A stretch of 64,000 bases of DNA from positions 224,001 through 288,000 of the forward strand of contig CAWJGT010000025.1 of the NCBI GenBank assembly GCA_963842525.1, given 5' to 3'. Position numbers and translations under genes: made by a program. The notes under the pieces were generated by a model. It made no database searches. It was not told the DNA's origin and saw only the letters and a program-made list of their open reading frames with translations. Positions 34,238 to 43,152 of the stretch are shown in pieces (position 1 is the first letter of the stretch; each line of letters begins with the position of its first letter). This DNA comes from an uncultured Holophagales bacterium (GTDB lineage Bacteria > Acidobacteriota > Thermoanaerobaculia > Multivoradales > UBA5704).

Positions 34238-34628
34238 TGGATCTGCGGCTTCGCCAATGCGGAAGGTGGTGTGCTGGTCATCGGACGCGTTGACCGAGGC
34301 GTAGCCGTCGGGTTGCCGGCCTGGTTGCCCCGGAAGTCACCGAGGAAGCTACAGGCAAAACGCCGGTAGAAACTGGCAAAACGCCGGTAGAAACTGGCAA
34401 AACGCCGGTAGAAACTGGCAAAACGCCGGTAGAAACTGGGAAAATGCCGGTAGAAACCGAAGAGACGCCGGTAGAAACGCCGGACAGGATCGTCGAGCTG
34501 CTTCGTGCAAATCCGTACATGACCCTGGCCGAGGTGGCCGAGGAGATCGGTAAGTCACAGAGGGCCGTGGAGACCGCCAAATTGGTCGGTGAGGGGCGGC
34601 TTCGCTACGTGGGTCCCCGTAAAAGTGG
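34238..34628 (+). pseudogene. Internally deleted AlbA_2/ATP-binding/HTH paralogue
   Basis: WICGFANAEGGVLVIG fragment fused to (KTPVETG)n and the HTH IVELLRANPYMTLAEVAEEIG..YVGPRKSG; homologous to the 38491 gene. Confidence 0.75.
34356..34480 (+). repeat. 21-bp tandem repeat AAAACGCCGGTAGAAACTGGC (about 5 copies)
   Basis: Directly visible tandem array. Confidence 0.9.
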
Positions 34629-34870
34629 CCGCGCAAGGCAGAGGCTCGAAGCGGCATAGGACCGTTCCCAACGTACAGCTCGGTCGTACGAGTGTCAAGA
34701 GGGAATCGTACGCCCTGAAGTGCGCCAAGAAACCCAAGCCCTTGACCCTCCAGGGCTTAGCGCGTTTTTTATCGGACCCTATGGGGCTGCCCGAACTAGG
34801 TGGCTGGCACCCCGGCCACCTGCACCTACTTACCTTGACGCGGTCTGCTCCATGGAACACAATAGTTTCC

Positions 34871-35113
34871 ATGATTACGACGGTCACCCAGAAGAACATG
34901 GTCACAATACCCGCCGAAGTAGGACGAAAGTTTGGGATCAAGCCTGGGTGGAGGCTCGACTGGCAGCCGGTGGAAGGCAAAGACGAAATTCTCGTCAGGG
35001 TCATTCCCGATCGCGGAGAGCGTGCGCGCCGCCTGCTGGGTTCCGGTCGCAGGTTCTCACCGGATCGCGACTCCGTGGCCGAGCTTGTGGCAGAGCGCGC
35101 TACGGAAGGTTGA
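34871..35113 (+). CDS. AbrB-type antitoxin (copy 2)
   Basis: TTVTQKNMVTIPAEVGRKFGIKPG; upstream of an intact vapC. Confidence 0.88.
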   Translation: MITTVTQKNMVTIPAEVGRKFGIKPGWRLDWQPVEGKDEILVRVIPDRGERARRLLGSGRRFSPDRDSVAELVAERATEG

Positions 35114-35119
35114 TGGGCC

Positions 35120-35539
35120 GTGCGCTTCCTGCTCGATACCTCCGCACTACTTGCCCACTTCCGCAAGGAGCACGGTGGTGCTCGCGTCCAAACGTTGTTC
35201 GAGGAGGGCGACTCCGAGATCCTGGCTGCCAGTATCTCGCTGACCGAGTTTGCCCGGCGTCTGCGCGAGCTGGGCGCAACGGTCGATGAGGCTCGCCGTA
35301 CGGTTGAGGACTACCGAGAGTTGCTGGACGAGGTCGTCTCGGTCGATGAAAAAGTGGCTCTCACCGCCTTCTATATCGTCTGCGAAATGACGGAGCGGCT
35401 ACCCCTTGCCGACGCTCTGATCACAGCGGCCGCTCGCGAACGGGAGGCCCGCCTGGTTCACCGCGATCACCACATGGCGACGATTCCGGCCAGCGTTGTG
35501 GAGCAGATCGACCTCGCGAAGGAACCGGACCCGCGGTGA
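35120..35539 (+). CDS. vapC: PIN-domain (VapC) toxin
   Basis: FLLDTSAL, SLTEF, LADALI, LVHRD. Confidence 0.9.
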   Translation: MRFLLDTSALLAHFRKEHGGARVQTLFEEGDSEILAASISLTEFARRLRELGATVDEARRTVEDYRELLDEVVSVDEKVALTAFYIVCEMTERLPLADALITAAAREREARLVHRDHHMATIPASVVEQIDLAKEPDPR

Positions 35540-35731
35540 GGGGCTAATGCCTGTTCACCTCTTCGCCCTGGCCCCGCGTCCGGCGCAGCTTGAGGCCGAA
35601 GATAAGGAGCGCGCCCAAATCTGCCGCTGCAGTTGCCCTTGGGTCAACTGGCTTCCGCTGAAGGGTAGGACTATACTTTTAGCATGAGCCTGCCGAACAG
35701 GTGGAATCTCAAACCGGAAAGGCTAATACCG

Positions 35732-35944
35732 ATGAAACCATTTGTCGCAAGATTTGGGCGTTCAATCTCGCCCAAGACAGCCGGATTTCGCTCCGTGCGG
35801 TACGATGTCGAACGAGAGAGTACTGTGCTAGCCGAAAATTCTCTTCTCGCTATTGAGTCTCCCAACGTCCTATCTGAGGCTACGGGCAGTATGTGCACGA
35901 GAGCTGACGAAGATCCTACGGCTGATGAGGCAACAGACCGGTAA
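35732..35944 (+). CDS. Graspetide (ATP-grasp RiPP) precursor 1
   Basis: Leader MKPFVARF..RYD; core TGSMCTRADEDPTADEATDR. Confidence 0.85.
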   Translation: MKPFVARFGRSISPKTAGFRSVRYDVERESTVLAENSLLAIESPNVLSEATGSMCTRADEDPTADEATDR

Positions 35945-35962
35945 TCTGGGAAGGAGAGCAAT

Positions 35963-36166
35963 ATGCGGCCTTTTATAGCGCGATATGCAGTAGCCCCAGA
36001 TCGAAATCCAATTCCCTCGCTGTACAACTACGATCCTGAGCAAGAAATTAGCGTCTCTCGAGGTGAGCCAGTCATCGGAGATCGAGCGCAAGCCATGGCG
36101 CTCACGGGAAGCTTGGTCACCTTGGCTGATAGAGACCCTACTCGGGATGAGGCAACAGACAGGTAA
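35963..36166 (+). CDS. Graspetide precursor 2
   Basis: Leader MRPFIARY..NYD; core TGSLVTLADRDPTRDEATDR; stop overlaps the ligase start. Confidence 0.88.
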   Translation: MRPFIARYAVAPDRNPIPSLYNYDPEQEISVSRGEPVIGDRAQAMALTGSLVTLADRDPTRDEATDR

Positions 36167-37131
36167 TGATTCTTATAGTTTCCAATACGCAGGACATCAC
36201 ATGTGATTTCGTTGTAAGAGAACTTCGCAGACGGCACAGAGACTTTGCTCGGCTAAACATGGACGAATTTCCTCGGCTCGCGTCAGGTGTTGCAACGGCC
36301 GGAACGGGATTTCCCGAGCGAGCCGAGATAAGATGGTCTAATAGACATAAAGTCCTACGCTTCAGTGATGTCAGCTCTGTTCTCTATCGGAGGCCGGTGC
36401 CGCCCGTACCAGACGATGCCATCCAAGACGAAGCGCTCAGAAAATTCTGTACCGATGAGAGTTATGATTTCTTGCGGGGGCTTTTATTTTCATTGGATTG
36501 TCACTGGATCAGCCATCCAGATGCAATCAGAAGAGCGGAGCACAAACTATACCAAGCTAGAATCGCCAGCAAGGTCGGTCTTACAATGCCACGGACTCTT
36601 GTAACCAACGACCCTGATGAGGTCTTGGGCTTCTTCGATGCATGCTCTGGTAGAATGGTCGCAAAGTGTTTATACATGGGCTTTATCGACAGCAAGAAAG
36701 CCCCGGCAATGATTTTCACCAGTAACGTATCAAGAGAGGATCTTGATGATGTGGAATCGGTTCGGTTTACTCCGACTATATTTCAAGAGTATGTTGACAA
36801 GGAATTCGATTTGCGGGTGACAATAGTAGGTGAGAAGGTTTTTACTGCAAGAATTGACGCAGCGACTCCTCCGGGTACACCAGACTGGCGAGCCTGCGGT
36901 CCCGAGGAACTTTGTCACTCTCCGTACTCTCTACCAGCTTCAATAGAGCGAGCGTGCATCGACTTAGTCCATCTTCTTGAGCTTGACTTTGGCGCGATTG
37001 ATCTTGCAGTAGATAAAGAGGGGAATTTCTTCTTCCTGGAGATTAATCCCAACGGTCAATGGGCATGGCTGGAGGCGATACTTCCAATCAGCGCAGCTCT
37101 CGTGGACCGACTTGAGGAACTGGGGAGATGA
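36166..37131 (+). CDS. MvdC/MvdD-family ATP-grasp RiPP ligase (graspetide synthetase)
   Basis: KLYQ..A..VGL.MP.TLVTNDP, FQEYVDKEFDLRVTIVG, DWR, FGAIDL, FLEINPNGQWAWLE. Confidence 0.92.
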   Translation: MILIVSNTQDITCDFVVRELRRRHRDFARLNMDEFPRLASGVATAGTGFPERAEIRWSNRHKVLRFSDVSSVLYRRPVPPVPDDAIQDEALRKFCTDESYDFLRGLLFSLDCHWISHPDAIRRAEHKLYQARIASKVGLTMPRTLVTNDPDEVLGFFDACSGRMVAKCLYMGFIDSKKAPAMIFTSNVSREDLDDVESVRFTPTIFQEYVDKEFDLRVTIVGEKVFTARIDAATPPGTPDWRACGPEELCHSPYSLPASIERACIDLVHLLELDFGAIDLAVDKEGNFFFLEINPNGQWAWLEAILPISAALVDRLEELGR

Positions 37132-38063
37132 GGTTTACTCGTTACCTTGGCAGGCTACTGCTGAATTTGAAAGGTCGGCTTCCACTAAACGGAGATTGGC
37201 TATTTGTAACTGAAAGCGTTTCAGGCGAGAAGCAGATTGATGCCGCCGATGAATATCAGGCGCCGAGCATGGTGCTGAAACTATTATCTGGGACTGTCAC
37301 GCCCGAGACAACCAAGCTAATATACGAGAGGGTGAAATCCTATGAGGGCACTGTAAACGATATTGCAAATAGGGTCTATGATAAGTCGAAGGTAATTTTT
37401 GGCGCTGCTTCCTTTGCATCAACTATAATTCTGGCTCTTGGATCGACACTCCTTCCTCCCTTGCTCGTGAGCTCAGTTTGGCTCAGAGTCGTCGGCGCCG
37501 CATTGTCGTTCTTTCTTGTTTTTCACCTTAGTCGAGCGTTGATCATCGCGGCCGAGGTTATGATAAGAGAGCTCATGGTCCGCGAAACGCCAGGAGAGCT
37601 GATAGAGTTGGGCGAGAATGATGAAGGCGGCGCTCTTAGAGAGCTGATTGCGAAAGTATTGGCGTATGCGATCCAGACTCAAACACTTGGCCTTGAAAAG
37701 CTCAATCGGCTGATTATTGCGCAACATTCTTTTCGATATGCACTAGTATTTTATTTCGCATTGGCGGTGCTCAGCGTTGTCGTACGTCTTGGCGAAAGCA
37801 ATATTGAGGGTACTAGCGCAGGAGCGGTTGCCGAAGAGATAAAGGACTTGAAGAATAAGGTAGAGGCGACCAGCGCAAGGCAAGGGAAGCTAGCCTCGGC
37901 AGTGGATACTCTGGAGAAGGAACACGCGCTCATACAACGGGAACTGAGGGAATCTATTGAGTTGAGAAGGGCTGAGCTAGACTTTCTACGGATACTCGAG
38001 GCTCAACTAATGAGCGGGTTGGCCAACCGACAGCCTCCCGCTGCCACGAGAAAACAGCCCTGA
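37128..38063 (+). CDS. Membrane protein (3 TM plus C-terminal coiled coil), possibly Pycsar-effector-like
   Basis: Translationally coupled to the ligase; DKSK-TM-TM-loop-K..L..A-TM layout. Confidence 0.7.
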   Translation: MRFTRYLGRLLLNLKGRLPLNGDWLFVTESVSGEKQIDAADEYQAPSMVLKLLSGTVTPETTKLIYERVKSYEGTVNDIANRVYDKSKVIFGAASFASTIILALGSTLLPPLLVSSVWLRVVGAALSFFLVFHLSRALIIAAEVMIRELMVRETPGELIELGENDEGGALRELIAKVLAYAIQTQTLGLEKLNRLIIAQHSFRYALVFYFALAVLSVVVRLGESNIEGTSAGAVAEEIKDLKNKVEATSARQGKLASAVDTLEKEHALIQRELRESIELRRAELDFLRILEAQLMSGLANRQPPAATRKQP

Positions 38064-38098
38064 AGCTGTTTTTTGAATACATTCTACCCTCCACGCGA

Positions 38099-38160
38099 GC
38101 GACCCGCCGGTCTACGATTTTGGCAGGGCAGGCTTGATGCTGACCTTCCGGGCTGCCCCC
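38099..38160 (+). pseudogene. Fragment duplicating part of the 38491 gene
   Basis: GACCCGCCGGTCTACGATTTTGGC..CTGACCTTCCG matches 39532-39590. Confidence 0.7.
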
Positions 38161-38490
38161 AATACGTTCCACCCGTTCCCATCCCAGCCCGGCAAGACGG
38201 TCCGCTGCAGCGGGGTGGCGGCAGTGCTGGGGCTGGTTGAGGGGAAACTGCCACGCGGGCACCTCGCCCGCTCGACCAGAGCGTCAAGTTCCCGGCTCAT
38301 GGCTTTTCACCTAGCACCGGCCGACATCCCCCGAACTCTGGTATCCTCATCCCAATACGGCTAACCGGTCGGCACCCGTATTCGGACTGCGCCGCCGACG
38401 CAGGATGGGGTTGGGCTGCGCAATGGTATGGACGCCGGCCGCCCCCTACGCGCCGATCAGGAGCCCGCTCACTGGGAGGATTCGCCTGGT

Positions 38491-39891
38491 ATGAAGGAAA
38501 GCCAGCAGGTCGAATGGAAGAGCTCGTGGCGTGACGAGTATCTGCGCTGGATCTGCGGCTTCGCCAATGCCGCGGGCGGTGTGCTGGTCCTCGGGCGGAA
38601 CGATAAGGGCGTAGCCGTCGGCGTGGACAATTCCCGCAAACTGCTGGAAGACCTGCCCAACAAGATCCGGGACGTGCTGGGCATCATGGCCGATGTCCAC
38701 CTCGTCAAGGAGGCGGGCAAGGAGCTGGTCGAAATCCACGTCGAGCCGTATCCCAGCCCCGTCAGCTACAAGGGGGAATACCACTACCGCAGCGGCAGCA
38801 CCAAGCAAGAGCTGAAGGGTCCGGCGCTGGAGCGGTTCCTGCTGAAGAAGCGCGGGCGTCACTGGGATGATGCGCCGGAGCCCTCGTTCACCGCACGATC
38901 ATGCAGCGCGGCAGCCTTGCGGCTGTTCAGGCAAAGGGCTGCAAAGAGCGGGCGCATGGACCCGATGGTGTTACGAGACAGCCGGGAGGTCGTTCTCGGC
39001 AACCTGGAGCTGGCCGAAAGGCATGGCCTCAAGCGCGCCGCCTGCCTGCTGTTCTCCGACCGCCCCGAGCAGTATGTGAGCGGCTCCTGGATCAAGATCG
39101 GCTTCTTCGTGACGGATGACGACCTCCGCTACCAAGACGAGGTGCACGGGAGCCTCTTCGAGCAGGTGGAAAAGACTCTCGAGCTCCTGCACACGAAGTA
39201 TCTCAAGGCCTACATCAGCTACCAGGGCTTGCATCGGCGGGAGACCTTCCTCTTCCCAACTGCCGCACTGCGCGAGGCCCTGCTCAACGCCGTGGTGCAC
39301 AAGGACTACAGCAGCGGCATCCCCATCCAGATCAGCGTGTATGACGATCAGATCGTCCTCTGGAATCCCGGTGACCTGCCGGAGAACTGGACGCTGAAAA
39401 AGCTGCTGGGCAAACACCCGTCCTGTCCCTTCAACCCACTGGTGGCGAATGCCTTCTTCCGGGCCGGCTACATCGAATCCTGGGGACGTGGCATCGAGAA
39501 GATCCACCGCGAGTGCCGGGAGCACGGGATCGATCCGCCGGTCTACGATTTCGGCATGGCGGGCCTGATGCTGACCTTCCGCGCCGACCCTGCGCACCTG
39601 CAAGCCTCTGCTCCGGAACTGGGCAGGGGCACTACCCCAATCACTACCCAAGAAACCGCCGGTACTACCCAAGAAACTACCCAAGAAACCGCCGGTACTA
39701 CCCAAGAAACTACCCAAGAAAGGGTTCTTGCTTTGTTGCGTGCCCAACCCTCGATTACTCGAAGGGAACTGGCAGGTAGACTGGGCTTAAGCGACAATGG
39801 CATCAAGTACCACTTGGAGAGGATGAAGACTGCCGGAGTGATTCGCCACGTGGGCGCAACCAAGTCCGGAAATTGGGAGGTCCTGAAGTGA
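38491..39891 (+). CDS. AlbA_2 (Schlafen-like) plus ATP-binding plus C-terminal HTH protein
   Basis: ESQQVEWKSSW, ICGFANAAGG, LREALLNAVVHKDY, IESWGRG, (TTQE)n linker, HTH..GNWEV. Confidence 0.9.
   Translation: MKESQQVEWKSSWRDEYLRWICGFANAAGGVLVLGRNDKGVAVGVDNSRKLLEDLPNKIRDVLGIMADVHLVKEAGKELVEIHVEPYPSPVSYKGEYHYRSGSTKQELKGPALERFLLKKRGRHWDDAPEPSFTARSCSAAALRLFRQRAAKSGRMDPMVLRDSREVVLGNLELAERHGLKRAACLLFSDRPEQYVSGSWIKIGFFVTDDDLRYQDEVHGSLFEQVEKTLELLHTKYLKAYISYQGLHRRETFLFPTAALREALLNAVVHKDYSSGIPIQISVYDDQIVLWNPGDLPENWTLKKLLGKHPSCPFNPLVANAFFRAGYIESWGRGIEKIHRECREHGIDPPVYDFGMAGLMLTFRADPAHLQASAPELGRGTTPITTQETAGTTQETTQETAGTTQETTQERVLALLRAQPSITRRELAGRLGLSDNGIKYHLERMKTAGVIRHVGATKSGNWEVLK
39643..39720 (+). repeat. 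In-frame 12/21-bp tandem repeats (ACTACCCAAGAA)
   Basis: Encodes the TTQETAGTTQETTQE linker. Confidence 0.85.
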
Positions 39892-39904
39892 CCCTCGCGC
39901 AGAC

Positions 39905-40232
39905 ATGACCTGCGACGTAAGGCAGCGGACCTGCGGGCGTGCAGAAGCGGACCCGCAGGTCCGTCCACATGACCCGCAGGTCAGCCCTCGTGACCCGCAG
40001 CTTCGTCAGCCGGCCCTGCAGGTCAGCCTGCGCGACCTGCGGGTCAACCCACTTGCCCCGCGCGTCAACCCGTGTGACCCGCAGGTTGGAGTGCGTGACC
40101 CGCAGGTCAGCCCGAGTGACCTGCGGGTCCATCCACGCACGCCGCAGGTCCGTCAGCGCACGCCGCAGGTCCGTCGGCGCACGCCGCAGGTCCGTCGGCG
40201 CACGCCGCAGGTCCGTCGGCGCACGCCGCAGC
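39905..40232. repeat. Degenerate 21-bp-period tandem array
   Basis: GACCCGCAGGTC/GACCTGCGGGTC units ending in (CGCACGCCGCAGGTCCGTCGG)n. Confidence 0.85.
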
Positions 40233-40234
40233 GG

Positions 40235-40525
40235 CTACACCGCATGGAGCACGATCTCCGCCGGATCTTCCGGGCTCTTCAGGATGCGTACGATCTGGGT
40301 GCGTAGACGCACCGGGTCCGCCGGTGGCTGCTCCAGGTCCGTCCACAGGGCGAACCACCTGCCGCCAAAGCAGACGACCTGCAACGCAGCCTCGTCGGGC
40401 GTGTACGCGGCCGTGGCATCGGCCGGGCTGAACTGGATCTGAACGACGCGGTCGTACAGTCGCCGGCGCAGCGCTTCGCTGAACCGATCGAGGTCCAACA
40501 GGATAGACTGGGACACGTCGGGCAT
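40235..40525 (-). CDS. Hypothetical protein
   Basis: MPDVSQSILLDLDRFSEAL..; GAGGAGG RBS. Confidence 0.6.
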   Translation of the reverse strand: MPDVSQSILLDLDRFSEALRRRLYDRVVQIQFSPADATAAYTPDEAALQVVCFGGRWFALWTDLEQPPADPVRLRTQIVRILKSPEDPAEIVLHAV

Positions 40526-40750
40526 AGGCCCCTCCTCTGCTCGGCTGGGCCCCGGCGGATCTGCACTCCGCCGGGGCCGACTTGTTTCGAGCTCAGGCCC
40601 TCCTTCCGGGAGAGCCGCCTTGTCCGTTGTCGCCTCGAGGCAGCCACGAGTTCTCGCCATCGAGAACCGAAAGCACTTATAGCAGGTGATCCCGATTTGA
40701 GTCAATGGGACCGGAAATGGTATCCTCGATCCAACCGGAGGAGGATGACC

Positions 40751-41290
40751 ATGAGCCCGAAGCGAGACACCGAGGATCCTGTTCGGCAGGAGGTCGACCG
40801 CCTGATGGAGATGCTCCTCATCTTCGTCCGCACCCTGGGGTATGGCAACACGGAGATCGCGCGGCGGTCCAAGGTCCCGCACGCCAACGTTGGGAGGTAC
40901 TTCCGCGGGGAGTCCCGGGTGCCGCTCGACGTCGTGATCGCGGTCGTCCACGGGATCGGGCTGGACTTCGGAGAGTTCTTCGAGCTGGCCTATGCCGAGC
41001 AGCCGGCGGAGCCCACCGCGGCCCGGAAGAAGATCGAGCGCATCCTGCAGATCCTTCCCCTCCGGCATGCCGCTCCGGTGGAGCCGCCCGTCACCGCTGC
41101 GCAGCCGGAGCAGCGTCCGTCGCTGCCGCGCCCGGAGATCGAGAAGGTACTCGAAGACCTCCGGAAGGAGGTGAACGCCCTGCTCGACGCCCGCCAGGCC
41201 GGCAAGGCCGTCGCCACACCGCCCAAGCCGAAGGCCGGCCCCAAGCCCTCGAAGCCGAAATCCGGGAAGAAGCGCAACGACGAGAGCTGA
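40751..41290 (+). CDS. XRE-family HTH transcriptional regulator
   Basis: GYGNTEIARRSKVPHANVGRYFRGESRVPLDVV..IGLDFGEFF. Confidence 0.8.
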   Translation: MSPKRDTEDPVRQEVDRLMEMLLIFVRTLGYGNTEIARRSKVPHANVGRYFRGESRVPLDVVIAVVHGIGLDFGEFFELAYAEQPAEPTAARKKIERILQILPLRHAAPVEPPVTAAQPEQRPSLPRPEIEKVLEDLRKEVNALLDARQAGKAVATPPKPKAGPKPSKPKSGKKRNDES

Positions 41291-41356
41291 GCGGGGAGAG
41301 AGCGGGTCAGGTCCGTGGCTCGTCGTCCGAGTTTTGCCGGCCGTTGCAATCCCGGC

Positions 41357-42006
41357 TTACCGGAAGTGCCGCGGGCCGATCTGACGCTCTTTGCGCCGGA
41401 TGTGCGCGACCGTAGCCTCGATCATGTCCGGTGTCACAGCGCGGCGCCGGAAGAGCTCTTCGAGGAGTATCACTGAGGTCATGAATTCGCGATAGATTTC
41501 GATGGTCGCGAAGATCTCCCCCGCCGCCACAACCTCCTGCTCCGCGACATCGAGCTTGTCCTGGCTCAGGAGGACCATGGCGAGTTCCAGACGAGTAAGA
41601 GCCAGTGAGAACGGAAGGTCGGCCTCGGTGAAGCCCTTCTTCGCGTCGTTTAACGGACCATCTCCCTCTTGTCCTGGAAGCGAACGGCCCAGCTCCGCAT
41701 GAGGAGGGCTTCGTAGACGCCGAGCCCAGCCAGCGGAAGATTGCCGTCCCGCATCAGAGCCCGGACATCCCCTCCCGAGGCAAGAAGGGTCTGCGCCTTC
41801 CGGTACCGGGCGCGTTCGCTGATGGAAAGCTGCTGCAGGGAGCGAACGTGGAGGGGCGTGTCGAGCGCCACCTCATCACGAAGGTCCAGGTCGGAGGGCG
41901 CTGGCGGGCCTCCGCCCGTGGGCTGACCGCCCCACTGCTCGAACGAGTCGAGCGAAAGATCATCCTCTGCCCCTTCGCCGTGTGCGACGTGGTCTCGTTC
42001 GCTCAA
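41357..42006 (-). pseudogene. Internally deleted TPR-like protein
   Basis: N-part ..EALLMRSWAVRFQDKREMVR joined out of frame to C-part ..GFTEADLPFSLALTRLELAMVLL. Confidence 0.6.
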
Positions 42007-42116
42007 ATGGCGCCTCCTTGATGGGCGTGCATTTTCTCATATGGTGGGGAGGTTTTGAAGTCCCGCTCGAAAGGCGAGGCGGCTGAGCTCGCCGCCCCTC
42101 GTACCGGCTGAGGAGC

Positions 42117-42401
42117 TTAACCGCCGTTTGGGTCGATGCCGGGCCCTTCATCGCCTGGTGTCGTGCCACCGTTCGGGGCAACGCCTCCTTGAGCTCCTGG
42201 GGTGGCTTCCCCTCCTGCCGTGGGAGCCTCGCTCCAGGACCACAGAGCGGAGATCCCCTTCTCCCAGAGGCTGTCGAACCAGTCCCAGACGTGGACGGGA
42301 TTGGCGAGCTTGGCGGCTTGCGCCTGGGCGGGGCCGGCGAACGCCAGGCACGAGGCGAGGATTCCCACGAGCACGAGGCGAGAGAGATTGCGACGAGTCA
42401 T
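42117..42401 (-). CDS. Small secreted peptide ending GDEGPGIDPNGG
   Basis: GGAGGAGG RBS, signal peptide (AQA), Trp-rich helix, low-complexity linker. Confidence 0.75.
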   Translation of the reverse strand: MTRRNLSRLVLVGILASCLAFAGPAQAQAAKLANPVHVWDWFDSLWEKGISALWSWSEAPTAGGEATPGAQGGVAPNGGTTPGDEGPGIDPNGG

Positions 42402-42666
42402 ACCTGTCCTCCTCCGCCGCGGAACGAGCCGGGCCCGCATGGTCCGGCGCCCGCGGACGCGGCGTCTGTTGTCTGCCGTCGTGCCGCAGTCTGACAGCGT
42501 GCAGGGCGTCCATGCGGCGGCGGACTCTCCATGCCACTTAGGTGCTCTCCGGCCGGCAGGAGGGGACGGCGTTACGCGTAAGCGTTAAACCGACGCGAAG
42601 ATCGTGGCCTCTATGCGGTGCCTTGTAACCGTTGCACACAATCTTCAGAAAATACGTTCAACCCTG

Positions 42667-42694
42667 TTGACAACCCGCCCGTTTCTGCTAGAGT
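42667..42694 (+). promoter_or_regulatory. Sigma70-type promoter
   Basis: TTGACA-16-TAGAGT with extended -10 TG. Confidence 0.55.
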
Positions 42695-42818
42695 GACCTC
42701 TCTGAACGGTTTTGATCCGACAGAGCCATGAAGGCAATGAGCAGCGGAATTGAAAATTCGGGTGAATGACCCTTCCGGAGCCACTGACGGCCCGGATTTT
42801 TCCGAAAGGAGAAGCAGT

Positions 42819-43139
42819 ATGGATACGAAGCAGGTTTTCACGCAGCAGGGCGGTGTCGAGACGGGGCTGAAGGCGGAGCGGGTGCAGGAGCCGCTCGCGG
42901 CCACGCAGGCGTTCACACCTGGACTGGAGCTCCATCTCAAGGCGGAGCGGGTGCAGGAGCCGGCGTCGTTCGGGGCGGAGGCCAACGTGAGCTACAGCTA
43001 CGAGGTCACCGTCAATCAGCTCCAGCCGGTGACGATCGAGCTGCCTCTGTTCGTCGTCACTCTCCATGGACTTCCCGCCTGGGGTATCCCCGGCGGGCCG
43101 ACCGAGGCCGTGCCCGCTGCCGCGGGCCGGCGGGGATGA
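42819..43139 (+). CDS. Hypothetical protein with duplicated LKAERVQEP
   Basis: AAAGGAG RBS; internal direct repeat. Confidence 0.6.
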   Translation: MDTKQVFTQQGGVETGLKAERVQEPLAATQAFTPGLELHLKAERVQEPASFGAEANVSYSYEVTVNQLQPVTIELPLFVVTLHGLPAWGIPGGPTEAVPAAAGRRG

Positions 43140-43152
43140 AAGGAGGAAGGTT

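Noticed and set aside
34356-40232. Tandem arrays at 34356, 39643 and 39905 as CRISPR
   Set aside because: Head-to-tail units without unique spacers; no cas genes
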